Shown here in pieces: positions 1-14,202 of a stretch of DNA of 64,000 nucleotides. The position numbers were made by a program, and so were the translations under genes. A model generated the notes under the pieces. It made no database searches. It was not told the origin of the DNA and saw only the letters and a program-made list of their open reading frames with translations. Source of the DNA: the human T2T-CHM13v2.0 reference genome, Homo sapiens; the NCBI RefSeq assembly GCF_009914755.1, contig NC_060944.1. The stretch is one strand, 5' to 3'. The stretch's first letter is position 1. Every line of letters begins with the position of its first letter.

Positions 1-237
1 TGTCTCTCATGATAGTTTTTGACTTAAAGCCTATTTAATCTGATATAAGTATTGCCACCCCTACTCTTCTTTTGACTGCTGTTTCTATGGGTTATCTTTT
101 TCCATTTTTTCACTCTCAGCCTATGTGTGTCCTTAAATCTAAAGTGAGTCTCTTGTAGACAGCATATCGTTGGACCTGGTTTTTAATTTATCTTTTGATA
201 GGGCAGTTTAAGCTATCTCCATTTAAAGTAATTACTG

Positions 238-540
238 CACCAGGCATAGTGGCTCATACCTGTAATCCTAGCACTTTGGGAGGCTGAGGCGAGTGGATCA
301 CTTGAGGTCCCAACATGGCAAAACCTTGTCTCTACTAAAAATACAAAAAAAAAAAAAAATTAGTCGAGCACGGTGGTGCACACCTATAGTCTCAGCTGCT
401 CAGAAGGCTGAGGCAGGAGAATTGCTTGAACCCAGGAGGCAGAGGTTAGCTGAGATCACACCACTGTGCACAAGCCTGGGTGACAGAGTGAGCCTCTGTT
501 TAAAAAATAATAATAAATAAATAATAAAAATAAATAAATA
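238..540 (+). mobile_element. Alu (S/J-like) with an internal deletion that removes the B-box region
   Basis: Alu consensus; gaggtc joined directly to ccaacatgg; AATAA tail. Confidence 0.9.
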
Positions 541-964
541 TTGATAGGAAATGATTACTTTTATCATTTTATTGTTTTCTGTATTTCTTGTAGCTCTTTT
601 GTCCTTATCTTTTTCTCTTGCTGTCGTATTTGTGATTTAAAAAATTCTTTAGGGTCATATTTTGATTCCTTCCTCATTTTCTTTTGTGTGTCTCTTATAG
701 GTATTTCTTTTCTGGTTGCTGTGGGGCTTATATAACACATTTTATAGTTATGATCATCTATTTTAAGATGATAACAACTTGACTTCAATCACATACAAAA
801 GCTGAACTATTCCACCAGACTCCTTTATGTTATCATTGTAACAAATTTCATCTTTTTATTATGTATCCATTAACATAATTTTATAGTTTTTATACTTTTA
901 TCTTTTTACTTCTATATCAAAATTAAAAGCTGTTTATACAATATTCGTAACATTACATGTAATG

Positions 965-1157
965 TAATGTTATAGTACTATAATATGTATTTGTGTGTTT
1001 GTATATATGTATATATACTATAATATATATTTGTATGTGTGTGTATATATATATAGTACTATAATATGTACTCGTGTGTGTGTGTATATATATATACACT
1101 ATAATATGTGTGTGTGTATATATATCTAGATATACACACACACACACACACACACAC
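965..1157. repeat. TA/TG/CA compound repeat with about 40-bp periodicity
   Basis: actataatat recurs at 977, 1017, 1058, 1098; ends in (CA)n. Confidence 0.85.
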
Positions 1158-1500
1158 CTTTTCCAGTAAATTATATATTTTCATTTGCTTTCATGTTACT
1201 ATCTGGTGTCCTTTCATTTCAACTTGAAGAACTTCCTTTAGCATTTCTTATAAGGCAGATTTCTTTGTAAGAGGACTATTATGTCTTGCCTTGGTTTTCT
1301 CATTTGCAAAATAGAATGATAGTGGAAATAAATACATCTTTGAAAAGTTTTATGTGACTTGTAAATATCTCTGCAAAATTTAGTTATCATAAGTATTACT
1401 TTACTTTATTACTAAATTACTAAATTATTACTATACTTTAGCATGTGTATTGAGGAAGTTTCCATTATCACATTATGAATTAGTGTAGATTGCAAGGCTT

Positions 1501-1539
1501 GTGTGTGTTGTGTATGTGTGTGTGTTGTGTGTGTGTGTG
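1501..1539. repeat. Interrupted (TG)n microsatellite
   Basis: Direct reading. Confidence 0.85.
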
Positions 1540-2049
1540 CACATGCCCACTAGGTGTAGTTCTGAGGTAGAGACAGAGACCGTTGCTTTAAAATTTGATT
1601 GTCCTTTGACCCATAAAATTATGACCCTGGCTGCTCTGGGAATGGTCATTTGCTTCTCCTGAGCGGGGGTGTTCAGTTGCTGATTTCCTAAACCAATTTC
1701 CTAAATGGGTAATTGTGTTCTGACTCATACAATTCCCCCTACATTTCCTGACTATTTCAGGTGACTATCTCTTCCTCTTTGCCCTTAATGGATAGGTAAT
1801 GAAGTCACATGTTTCAAAGTCATTGCTGTGTTTCAGGCTGGGGTGGACTACTCTTACATAATGTCTCACTAGAGAGTCAGAATAAAGTTGGCACACGTGC
1901 TCTACCTCCACCTCAATTTTTAACCATGTTGAAAAGAAAGAAGTCTTAAAATGAGAGGTGGCTTTCAGGGGCTAAAGAGCCTCTGGTTGAAAGTGTTTAG
2001 TTAGTCATTAGTGTTTCAGATGCATTAAAAGCACAGGCTTTAGGGTTAG

Positions 2050-2553
<504 letters not shown>

Positions 2554-2814
2554 TCAGCCCTTCAGTAAGTCATTGCTGGCAACTCAAGTCTAGCTGGGTG
2601 CTGCAGAGAGACAACAAATAATACAGTAGAGCTTCATGCAGCATTTATGAGAATAGAGAGAAGAGAAATGTTAGTTGACACTAAGGCCAGGGCACATTTC
2701 CTAGAGGAAGTGGACCTTGGGGGAAAAGTGAAATTTCCCTGGAGAAAAGAAGCAGGAAAGAGAGGCATTTGCCTTCTAGAAGCACCATACAAGTAAATTT
2801 ATGGGTGAGTTGGG

Positions 2815-3550
2815 TCTTTCATTCATATAGTCCACTTATAATTATTGAGTTCTCAATATGTGAGGGGTTCTGTGTTTGACTCAGGGAGCACAATGATGAG
2901 CAGAGCAAAAACAAAACAAAACAAAAACTATTCCTGCCCTATGTAACTCTCACTTTTCAGGCAAGATGGGTGTGAAACCAATAACAAATAGGAAAGGTAT
3001 AGGACATCATTGGATGGTGTAGCCTTGAGACTGACTAGGTGTTAGGATGGGAGGTGTCCAGTGGGGCCTCTGTGGGTAACTGAGATTTAAACTGAGACCC
3101 ATGTGGGAATGGGAGTGAGGTAAGGAGAGATAGAGAAGGCCCTGTGCCAGGAGAACCACAGTGTCTTCTGGGAACTGAACAAAGTCCACGGTGGCTGAGA
3201 CATAGAGCACATGGGAAAGGTATAGAGAGGACAGTGGTGAGATAGCGTGGGCAAGACCACAGGGGGTCTTGGTGGTCATTCTAAGGATGCAGGCTTTTGT
3301 CCCACGTGCAATGGGAAGTCACTGAAGTGTTCTGTTTATGCACAGTAATATTTCAAGACTTATGTTTTGAAAAAAAAATCTGCTATGTGCAGCATGCATT
3401 AATGGGGATTAAAATGGAAGTGGAAAGATCAATAAGTAGTTGTGACAAGATGATAGTGGCTTGAATTGGGGTAGTGGCAAAAAATAAAAATAAACAAACA
3501 CATCAACAGTTGTATCTGGTGAGTCCTGAGGCACTTGGTGTAGTTGGAGA
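2815..3550 (-). mobile_element. L2 fragment
   Basis: attcat...tattgagttctcaatatgtg L2 3' end, followed by purine-rich L2 body. Confidence 0.55.
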
Positions 3551-3563
3551 ATAAGATACATGG

Positions 3564-3582
3564 TGCTGAGTCACTGACGTGA
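3564..3582. promoter_or_regulatory. Putative ARE/MARE (TGCTGAGTCAC) abutting a CRE-like TGACGTGA
   Basis: Motif match only. Confidence 0.3.
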
Positions 3583-4760
3583 TCGGTTTGGGCACTTTTT
3601 GAGGAGAAGTGGTGTGACATTTCATGCTAAGAAATTTGCATTTATACTATGAAAAGGGCTGATGGAGATTAAGAAGCAGAGAAATGAAATAATCAGATTA
3701 GTGTTGTGCATGGAGGATATTTATTTCACTTCCCACCTACTGCTTGAGCTAAGCATTTATTGAATTTAGAGTAACAGACGAGAGAAACGGAACAACATCA
3801 TTGCAGGCAAAGATTGATGGAAAGTGGATTCTTTTGTATAACAGCACAAAAGAGATATATGAAAGGGAGGTTAAACTTGTCAGTGTGAAAAGCTATTGAT
3901 CTTGTAAATACTTACCCTGAAGCCACCTAAGGCTTCGCTCAGGCATGACCCAAATATTCCAAACCTCCAATGCAGCTGAGGATGCGGATGTAACTGGATG
4001 AGAGATGACCACTGTGGAAATATAATGAGCCAAGACACTTTGTGGGAAGGGAGGGGTTTACAAAAGTGTTAAAGGAGCCAAGGAATTATGGGAGAGAGGG
4101 AGGAGAGAGAGAACGTCTAGTGGGGATGGCTTTCCTCCCTGCTAGGAAGAAGGCGCCACTGGGTAGTGTTCTCAGAGCCTAAAACAGAGGCCCTGTAACC
4201 ACTGAGGAGCTAGGAGTAAGTTAGAGACAGTGGGAAAATATTTGGAAAACCAAATTCATTATGTACTTTCTATGATTTGGACCTCAAGTCAGGGGTCGTT
4301 TCTGAGACTCTTGACGCTGTATCTCTGACTGGTAAAGAGTGAAATAATCTAGTTATGAATTGGACCACTCTTCCTTCCCTTCCCTTCCTTGGGTTGATGT
4401 ATTTAAGACACTTACATGGGGAATACTCTGAAGGGATGGAATATTTGGAGGCTTTTGCAGCCAGCTGAGAAAGAAGGCTGTCCACAGAGACCGAAACAGA
4501 CATAAGAACTATTGGTCAAGTGGAGTCTTTGGGAGGATTTGAAAAACTAAAGAAAAAAGAAAAACCAAAATGTTCTACCTCTGTGAAGTTTTAAGCTTGT
4601 TCCACTTAATACGTTTCAGAAAATTTAATAAGGAAAGATAATTTGTTAACCATCCTTGCGGTGTGTTACAGATAATACTAAACTCACTTAAATACATCTT
4701 AGCTTTCAGATGTAGATACTTTTTCAACAGGTTGTGCTCAGCTGTGCTGTGCCATACTGA

Positions 4761-4991
<231 letters not shown>

Positions 4992-5045
4992 TAGATTCTG
5001 AATGGATGCTGGGCACACAGTTTAATCTTTTTGACATTTCCACAG

Positions 5046-5165
5046 ATCTTGAGGCTGATGAGTGGTGCAAAGTACTCCAGATGGAGTGTGTAGGAACACG
5101 GATCAATGACATCAGCCTTGGAGAGCCTGACTTACTGGCCACTGGGGTTGAGAGAGAACAGAGTG
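5046..5165 (+). CDS. DOK5: DOK5 coding exon (probably exon 4): (D)[39 protein letters not shown]
   Basis: catttccacag| acceptor, G|gtatgt donor; 120 nt, phase 1/1; follows an 89-nt intron; contains the PH C-terminal helix Trp and the ISLGEPDLL motif of DOK4/5/6. Confidence 0.96.
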
Positions 5166-5399
5166 GTATGTAAAGAAAATTCTCTCCTCTCTCTTTCAAA
5201 ACTGCTTCTGTCTCCATATGATAAAACATAAGACATCTTCATTATGTAAAGTTTTTGGGGTATAAAAATGTATAAAGAAATAAGTAATCTTTTATCTAAT
5301 CCACAACCTGTGTTAACATTTCAGTGTATTTTTTTCTTATTCTTTTTCCAATTCATAACATGAATGTATCTACATTAATAATATCAGTTAGAAATTTTG

Positions 5400-5590
5400 G
5401 GGAACCTGCTATGTGCCAGTTTGGTGGAAGATGCTTAACTCATCTCAGATTATTTATTGTACTTTTCATAGCAGCCCTATGGTGTAGGTATAATTACTTC
5501 CTACGTTTTGCAGATGAGGAAACTAAAATTTAGAGGACGTAAAGACTTTCCTTCAATTCTGTTAGCTCACTAGTGTTTGATTCTAGACGA
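5400..5590 (-). mobile_element. MIR
   Basis: ttttgcagatgaggaaactaa core in reverse orientation. Confidence 0.7.
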
Positions 5591-7955
5591 TACCGTTGGA
5601 CCTATATTACAGTTTACAGATTTTAAAATGTCATGGGCATTTTTTGGTCATGCCTTTTTCACTTAAAATGTTATCAACAACTTTCCAATGTTTTCAATAT
5701 AATTCAAACTTTATGACTATTTCACCAAATTTAAACCCATCTAAAATCTGTAATTAAAAAAATACATATTTTATTGAAACACTTGAGCCAACTCTGAGCT
5801 CAGCAGTCAATCTGGGAATCAATAATTTAAAATAATAATGACTAAAATATTCATGAACACTTCAGCAAAAATCAGTGTTGATTTACAGAACAAACCTGGA
5901 TGTGAGGAATCATTCCTTTGTCTCCTAACAGCTGAGCCTGGGGACGGGGTAGATCAGATCACAGAGTTCTGCTGTAGGCTGACTTGATCTATGAGGGCAT
6001 GTCACCATGGAAAGGTCTGTGGGTCATCTGGTTTGATTACGGACATGGCAGAGATGGAATTGTACTGACTTTTTCTGTAGGTGCACACTCCAATGTTAGT
6101 AAAAAAAATGCTGTCCCTCCCAATTGGAACTATGTCTTCATGACACATTTACAATCTGTGACTCTTTGGATGCACCATATCTGCCATAACCCATCTCCAT
6201 GGAAATGTTATTGACCGAGACCTAGAAGCCCTGGGTAATTCAGAGGAGCCTCTTTGTAGATTGGAAAATTGAGCTACAGAGAGGTTAAGTCATTGACGGG
6301 GTTACACAACCAATCCCCAGGCTCCTCCTTCTCTGGTTCACTAAATCAGGACACCCCAGGCAGAGAGGATACCTAGGAGCCAAGCATAAAGAAAACCTGG
6401 CAGGTTTTGATTATGATTCATTTTTTCACCTAGAGTGCTCAGATCAGCACTTTTCACAAATTTGTATTTGGGGAAGCAGTATCCTGACAGCACCACAATC
6501 TGAATTTAAAAATTGGCGGTGCGTAGGAGATACCTTTCCCACAGCAGCTTTCTGTGCCTCAGTTTCCTCTTCTGTTAAATGGAAATAATAGCTCTGGTCT
6601 ACAAGTATCAGGGATTATTATAAATTCAACTGTGTCCTCTCAGGCCCTTTCCAATGTTAATTAGTATGACTTCAAATGATTGTAATTAAAATGGTCACTC
6701 CACCATTATTGCTATTACTCTTTTTAAATTTTTATTATTATTTTTTCCCTATCTCTCCCCTATTGTTATTCTTGAGTGAGGTAGGACTCAGAGAACTTCT
6801 AAGCAAATAGATTGATAATGATCTCTCTTACTTTTTACTTAATATAGACAGTCTTTCTTACTTGGAACTTTCAAGGGGGGGGAATATGCTCAATTAGAAT
6901 ACATTTTTAAATATGATTACTAGAAATCAACAAATATTTGTTTATTGAGAATATGAAATAATTAAAAATTTTTGAATAGTAGATCGCGGAACACATTTCA
7001 TGAACACTATCTCAGCATTACTATTTACTAAATTCAACTAAAATCTATGAAAATTCAAATGACTATCTTATCATAAAACAATGTATTTAGAATACCACTA
7101 ATATAAAATTGTTAATGCCACATTGTCGTATGTAGGCAATCTACCATAATGATGCATAGGTGGAAATATGTTTGCTATAGTAATATTTTTGTTCATTTTT
7201 CACTGAAAGACTTTGACTCAAAAACTTCTTAATGAATTTTCCAGAAATATAACAGAAATATGGTGACTGTATCTGCAGGGATGAAAATTAGGTTAATCAG
7301 CCAAGCAGTTTATGTAGAATAATTTTGGTTGCATTTTAGCAATCATCCAAATATGCAATGAATATTTCTTTCCACTATTTGGCTAAAGGAAGTTCTTTGT
7401 TGAAACTAGTTCAAATATATGCATTGGCATTTTCCCAAATTGTTGGCCAGTTAAGTGCATAGTATTACTGTGGCATTTTGTTTAAATGATTGAAATACAG
7501 TTTTATTCATTTAGTTATAGAAATTACAAGTTGATCAATATAACTTTAATAACATGGAACCATGACATAATTGTTTTGCACCTGCATCTTTTGTGAGCAC
7601 AAAAGTGTGGATCTAGTTAATGTGTTCTTGGCAGGAAAAAAAAATTGCTTTTAATGGTTGTATTGCTTTAGTCTTTTATTGGCATATACATTTTTATTAT
7701 GCAAATTTAAAAATTCTAAAAATGGTCTTCGCTCATGTAAATAGTGCTTAGTGTATGTTGACAGGCTGTATCATTATTATGTTATTTAATAGGATCTGCA
7801 TTTAAGAAATTATTTTCTGGGACTGTTAATTAATAGGAAAGGTTTATCTTTCTGAATATGCAACCGAAATCTAGAATGTGAACTTGAATTGTTTTTAAAT
7901 GCCTCTATGTTCCTACAATGTCTTTGATGTTTTATTCCTGGGGATTTTAGACTAA

Positions 7956-8165
<210 letters not shown>

Positions 8166-8900
8166 TGAGTTTAATGACTTTTAATGACTATTTTTCTGTT
8201 TGTGTGTGTGTGTGTTCATTTTTACCATGCTCGCATCATATGAGGCGGTAGGTTTACATATGAGATCCAGCTGAAGTACACTTGAGGAAATTCATAGAGT
8301 TGCGATTACATAATATGAGGGGTCTTGTGAAATATTTATATACTCAACATGGCTTTTCTCCCCTGTGGAAGATTTTAATGTTTCACACACATGGTACAAA
8401 TTTTCATTACACAGTTTGATTCCATATCACAAACTGAAGTTGATCCAGGTAAAAATGTTAAAAAGGTACCATTTCCTGGGTCAAGCTGAACAGAGGCCAG
8501 CTTCTTGATTTTGGAAAACTTCCATATTATTATTTCACATATGTTTCCTCATCTGAGCTAACTGTGGTAGATTATTAATATGAGGGCCCATGGAGTTTTT
8601 ACCAGCTGCAATTTCTTGAGTTCCATCTATTTGGCTTACAGTGTAAGGATTCTCATGAATACTGAAAGAGATTAATGCTAAAACTTGCTCTTTGTGATAC
8701 CGACTAAGCACTTTCCGGGTTTTCTCTTTTTCCTCTTAGGGGTTAATCTGGGAGAGATTAACCAGATAGTATAGTAACCAAGCCAGTAGTATATGGATTG
8801 GTTGCTACCTACAAAAAGATTCCTCTAGCCATAATCCTATTTTCCTTGTCCTTCAGTTTTCCCTCAGAATTTAGGCTTCGTTTGGGAACACTGCAGGTAA

Positions 8901-9190
8901 TTTTTTTTTTTTTTTTGAGATGGAGTCTCGCTCTGTCACCCAGGCTGGAGTGTAGGTGGCACAGTCTCGGCTCACTGCAAGCTCCGCCTCCCGGGTTCAC
9001 GCCATTCTCCTGCCTCAGCCTCCTGAGTAGCTGGGACTACAGGTGCCCGCCACCACGCCTCGCTAATTTTTTTGTATTTTCAGTAGAGATGGGGTTTCAC
9101 CGTGTTAGCCAGGATGGTCTCGATCTCCTGACCTCGCGCTTCGGCCTTCCAAAGTGCTGGGATTACCGGCGTGAGCCACCACGCCCGGCC
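8901..9190 (-). mobile_element. AluY
   Basis: gcaagctccgcctcccgggttcacgccattctcc diagnostic stretch; poly-T start. Confidence 0.92.
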
Positions 9191-9490
9191 AGATAAATTT
9201 TCTATTTTAGAATTTTAAATGCCTAAATTTTAAGAAATATAAGTTCTTCTGTATATGGCCTGACATTACACTCAAATTGAAAACCATTAACTTGTGATGT
9301 TAAATAAAAATTGCTTGTAAAAGCAGACAGTTATTCCTGACAGGAATATGACTCTTGATATAAGGAAAGTAAAAACTGAAGTTCTAAATACCCCAATCCA
9401 TGTGAATGGATAACAGTAGTGGTCCCCTCTAACTAATCTGTTAATTCCATTTTAATGAACAAAGCCCAATTATTTAAAATTTACATTTTA

Positions 9491-9632
9491 CCTGTAGTCC
9501 CAGCTACTCAGATGGCTGAGGCAGGAGAATGGCGTGAACCTGGGAGATGGAGCTTGCAGTGGGCTGAGATCACCCACTGCACTCCAGCCTGGGTGACAGA
9601 GCGAGACTCTGTCTCCCAGAAAAAAAAAAAAA
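9491..9632 (+). mobile_element. 5'-truncated Alu (right arm only, AluY-like)
   Basis: cctgtagtcccagctac...ggagaatggcgtgaacc; TSD ttacatttta at 9481-9490 and 9633-9642. Confidence 0.88.
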
Positions 9633-9904
9633 TTACATTTTAAATAATCAAAGCCCAATTATTTAAAATTTACATTTCAGAAATATGATCACTTTGATGT
9701 TCTTACAACTGTCTGCAAAGTTTTTTACTTTATACTTTTCATACAGTTCTTTTCTGGTCTATTTTATTTTTAAGTACCTAGAAACAAGTTGGTGAATCTT
9801 TCAAAGACTATAAAAGTTATCACAAAAAATAAACCTTTAATGTTGAGAGCAATGTTCTTATTTTGTGAGAATTACTTATTTATTCTTCTTATAAGAAAAT
9901 CCCA

Positions 9905-10848
<944 letters not shown>

Positions 10849-11418
10849 TTATGCATTAACGATAACCAGTGAAATCTAAGTATTGAAAATGTTTTATAAA
10901 TAGACTTTTCTATGACTGTACCTCTCATATCATCTCCATTCATATTTCATATTGATGTGTAAGAGAATTCTGCATTGATCAAGACTCTTTGGATCTGTTT
11001 TGGGCAGCACTTATTCAATTATTAATATTTTAAAATCTTTTTTTATTTACCATTTACAGGAAATAGTAGTAGAAAAAAAGTATAGCTTTTTATGGTAATG
11101 TTTGAGGATCAAAACCTTAGTAAACTTTATTAGTATCTCATATCTATTTTAAACTTGAAAACATGTTATCTTATTAATTTTCCAGGTATAAAATGAACAC
11201 TGTACATATCCTGCAAACGTTTAATTTATTCATATTGAAATCTAACGGAACTGCTAAGGATTTAGGTGATTACTTAAAAGACCTCGATATTTCTCCTAAG
11301 TGCTGTAGGAAACCATAGATACTTGGAGGCTGGTATGTTTGAGTCTCTGTGTGTGTATGAGATGTGTGTATATGGGGTGTGTGTGTATGTGATGTAATTG
11401 TGTTAATAGTTTATAAAG

Positions 11419-11708
11419 GGCTGGGCGTGGTGGCTCATGCCTGTAATCCCAGCACTTTGGGAGGCCAAGGCGGGCAGATCACGAGGTCAGGAGATCGAGA
11501 CCATCCTGGCTAACACGGTGAAACCCCATCTCTACTAAAAATACAAAAAATTAGCCGGGCGTGGTAGTGGGCACCTGTGGTCCCAGCTACTCGGGAGGCT
11601 GAGGCAGGAGAATGCGTGAACCCGGGAGGCGGAGCTTGCAGTGAGCTGAGATCCTGCCACTGCACTCCAGCCTGGGTGACACAGCGAGACTCCATTTAAA
11701 AAAAAAAA
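11419..11708 (+). mobile_element. AluY/Sc
   Basis: Full dimer; TSD agtttataaag. Confidence 0.93.
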
Positions 11709-12899
11709 GTTTATAAAGGTCACTTTGATCACATTGTGCACGGTAGGATAGAGGAGATAGGTATGGATGTGGGAGATATTGAACCAGTTCAAGTGAAACA
11801 ATGGTGGATGAAAAGATATATGGGTGACAAAGTTGAGAACTATTTCAATGGTCTTTACCAACATGCTGACTTGGAAGATATAAGTGTTTTATCCCATGAC
11901 TTTGATGACCCCTTTATGGTCCATCCATTTGCTTATTTCATCCAAGAACTCCACTGGTTAGATGATTATAATATTCACAACCCAGGCCACTCAATGTTAT
12001 ATCTCCAATATCGTAGGGACATAGAATATTTATTGATTTTGAATAGCATTATTTCTTATGCATTGGTCATGTTTTGCAGGGCTGGTGCAAACTTGAGATT
12101 GAATGGTCAGAAAGGAAAGTGTGGGAGTTGTATGCTTAGCATCTTACTTCTCAAACAGCTTGGTGTAGTATACAAAGTACTGATTCAGAATTTAGAGAGA
12201 CCCTGAGTAATCTCTATTTTTTGCTAGCTGCTAACCTTGGACAAAGTTCTTAACTTTCCTTGTAAGTTGATCAGAGTAATAACTTTCTTGCAGGTTTGTT
12301 GTAGGTAAAGGCAGAAATGCATGTAGATGACCTGGAAGGATGCTGGGCTTCTCCTAAATAGTATCTTTGGTATTCTATTATGATTACTTTTGGAGCAGAA
12401 CATAAGCTTGCAGGATAGTGTTAAATGCAAGGTAAAATTACTATTTTATATTTTGCTTGAAACTCAAATAAAGATAAATTTTTATACTTACCATCAAGAT
12501 GCTCAGGATAATAAGATCATTCGTGTTCCACACCAAGCGTGAAGGTTTCATGTCTGCCTTGCTTTATTAGTGAAGATAAGTTTTTTCCTTGGCTATTTTT
12601 GGATGTGTTGAAACAAAGCAGTTTTATATCAACCAGTATAATTTTCCCCTTCTCTCACATCGAGAAGTGAGCAGGAGTTGTCTGTCTAAGCAAGTAGTTT
12701 TCACATATCCAACATGCATCTGCAAAAACTTAACAATATCCTCTAGAACACAGGGAATCTTTCTTGGACAAAGTTCTGCTCATGTTCAGCCTCTCTCTTA
12801 GAACTAGAACTGAGTGTTATTCCTGCTCAGTGGCTCCGTTTCACCCCACCAAAGCTGACAGTGGGGCATGTGTAACAGACTGAACTGGAAGTTGGAGGA

Positions 12900-13090
12900 A
12901 ATGAAGTAAAATTACAGTTCTATCACATACTGGCTGTGGGAACGTGGATATGTCACTTAACTCACCGAGCTTTTTTTCATTGCCACCTGTAAATTGGGAA
13001 CACATATATTACTTATCTCAAAAGATTGCTATGAAGATTAAATAAAGGCACATGTAAAGACACCTGGAATAGTGCCTGAATGTAGTAGGC
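12900..13090 (+). mobile_element. MIR
   Basis: gtcacttaac...cctgtaaattggg...tgaagattaaataa...atagtgcctg. Confidence 0.65.
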
Positions 13091-13584
13091 AGTTGTATCC
13101 ACCCAAACTAGTACTGAAAAGAAACTCATTGACTTCCATAAACTCAAAGTCTGAGGAGTAAAGATGGCTTCAGGCTTGGCTTGGCTCAGTGTCCAAATGA
13201 TAATCCCAGGTTTTATGTGACAGTTCTGTTTCTTCTAAAATAGCTTCATTCTAGCTCCATATGGTGACTTTCAGAAGCTTTGAGATCTCCCCACACTATC
13301 TCAGTAAAAGAGAGATATATTACTACTCTCTGCTGTCATTATATATACTATGTGTCAAGCACTGCACTTTACACAAAGCTCACAGGGTACAAATGCAATG
13401 AGGTTGGTTCACTGAAGGCAGGAAGAGGGTACTGTTGCTATCAGAAGAGGAGTGGAGGTGAGGCTTTTAAAAACTAACAAAATATGTACAATATAGCATT
13501 TAATAATTGCTCAAAACAAATAAGGTCAAGAGGCTATTTGACTGTAATTGACATTTGCACTCACAATAGTGCCGATTTCCAGAG

Positions 13585-13782
13585 CAGTGGTTCTTAGCTA
13601 GAGGTGATTTTGCTCCTAAGGGACATTTGATAATGTCTGGAGACATTTTTGATTGTCACAACCTGGGCAGGGGGTGTTACTGGCATCTAGTGCATAAAAG
13701 GGCCAGAGATGCTGCTACAGGCACAGAATAGTCCTTGACAACAAAGGATTATCAGGTCTAATCATGTGGTTGAGAAACCCTA
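13585..13782 (+). mobile_element. MER20 (hAT-Charlie MITE)
   Basis: cagtggttct...ggacatttgataatgtctggagacatttttgattgtcacaac...actggcatctagtg...ggttgagaaaccct. Confidence 0.85.
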
Positions 13783-13998
13783 CTCTAGCAGGTGTATGAG
13801 CCATTGAAAATCATCACTACCATTTACTGAGCCCTTACTATATGAAAGCCTCTGTACTAAGAGGCTCATTACCTCATTTGAGCTACTCATTATCATACAA
13901 ACTAGGGGATACAGTTATTTCCCTCTTAAAATGAAACCTGGGCAATGGCAAGAGGTCCGAAGACACAAAGCTGATAAATTCAGGACTCACGCTCAGAT

Positions 13999-14202
13999 CT
14001 TTTACTTCCAAACTCCATAGATTTTTAAGAAGGCTCACCTTCTACTGGAGGTTAGCCTAGTTCTTAGTTAACTTCTGCAGAGCTAAGGGAGAGAAAGCAT
14101 CTTTTACTTCCAAACTCCATAGATTTCTAAGAAGGCTCACCTTCTACTGGAGGTTAGCCTGGTTCTTAGTTAACTTCTGCAGAGCTAAGGGAGAGAAAGC
14201 AT
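13999..14202. repeat. 102-bp tandem duplication, 2 copies, 2 mismatches
   Basis: 13999-14100 vs 14101-14202 aligned by eye. Confidence 0.95.

Larger units (their letters stand above)
1..1270 (-). mobile_element. Old L1M (L1MB/MC-like) fragment, interrupted by an Alu and a TA/TG repeat
   Basis: T-rich antisense L1 text (gtctcttgtagacagcatat, cttcctttagcatttcttataaggcag); minus-strand K-rich pseudo-ORF. Confidence 0.65.

Noticed and set aside
1741-1801. 35-nt cryptic exon (ttcag|...tag|gtaatg)
   Set aside because: Weak pyrimidine tract and donor; expected by chance.
11736-12206. 156-aa ORF with a protein-like acidic first half
   Set aside because: Non-ATG start, no recognisable domain, runs into MIR/L2-like sequence, no clear splice sites. 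A BLASTP or PhyloCSF hit would reopen it.
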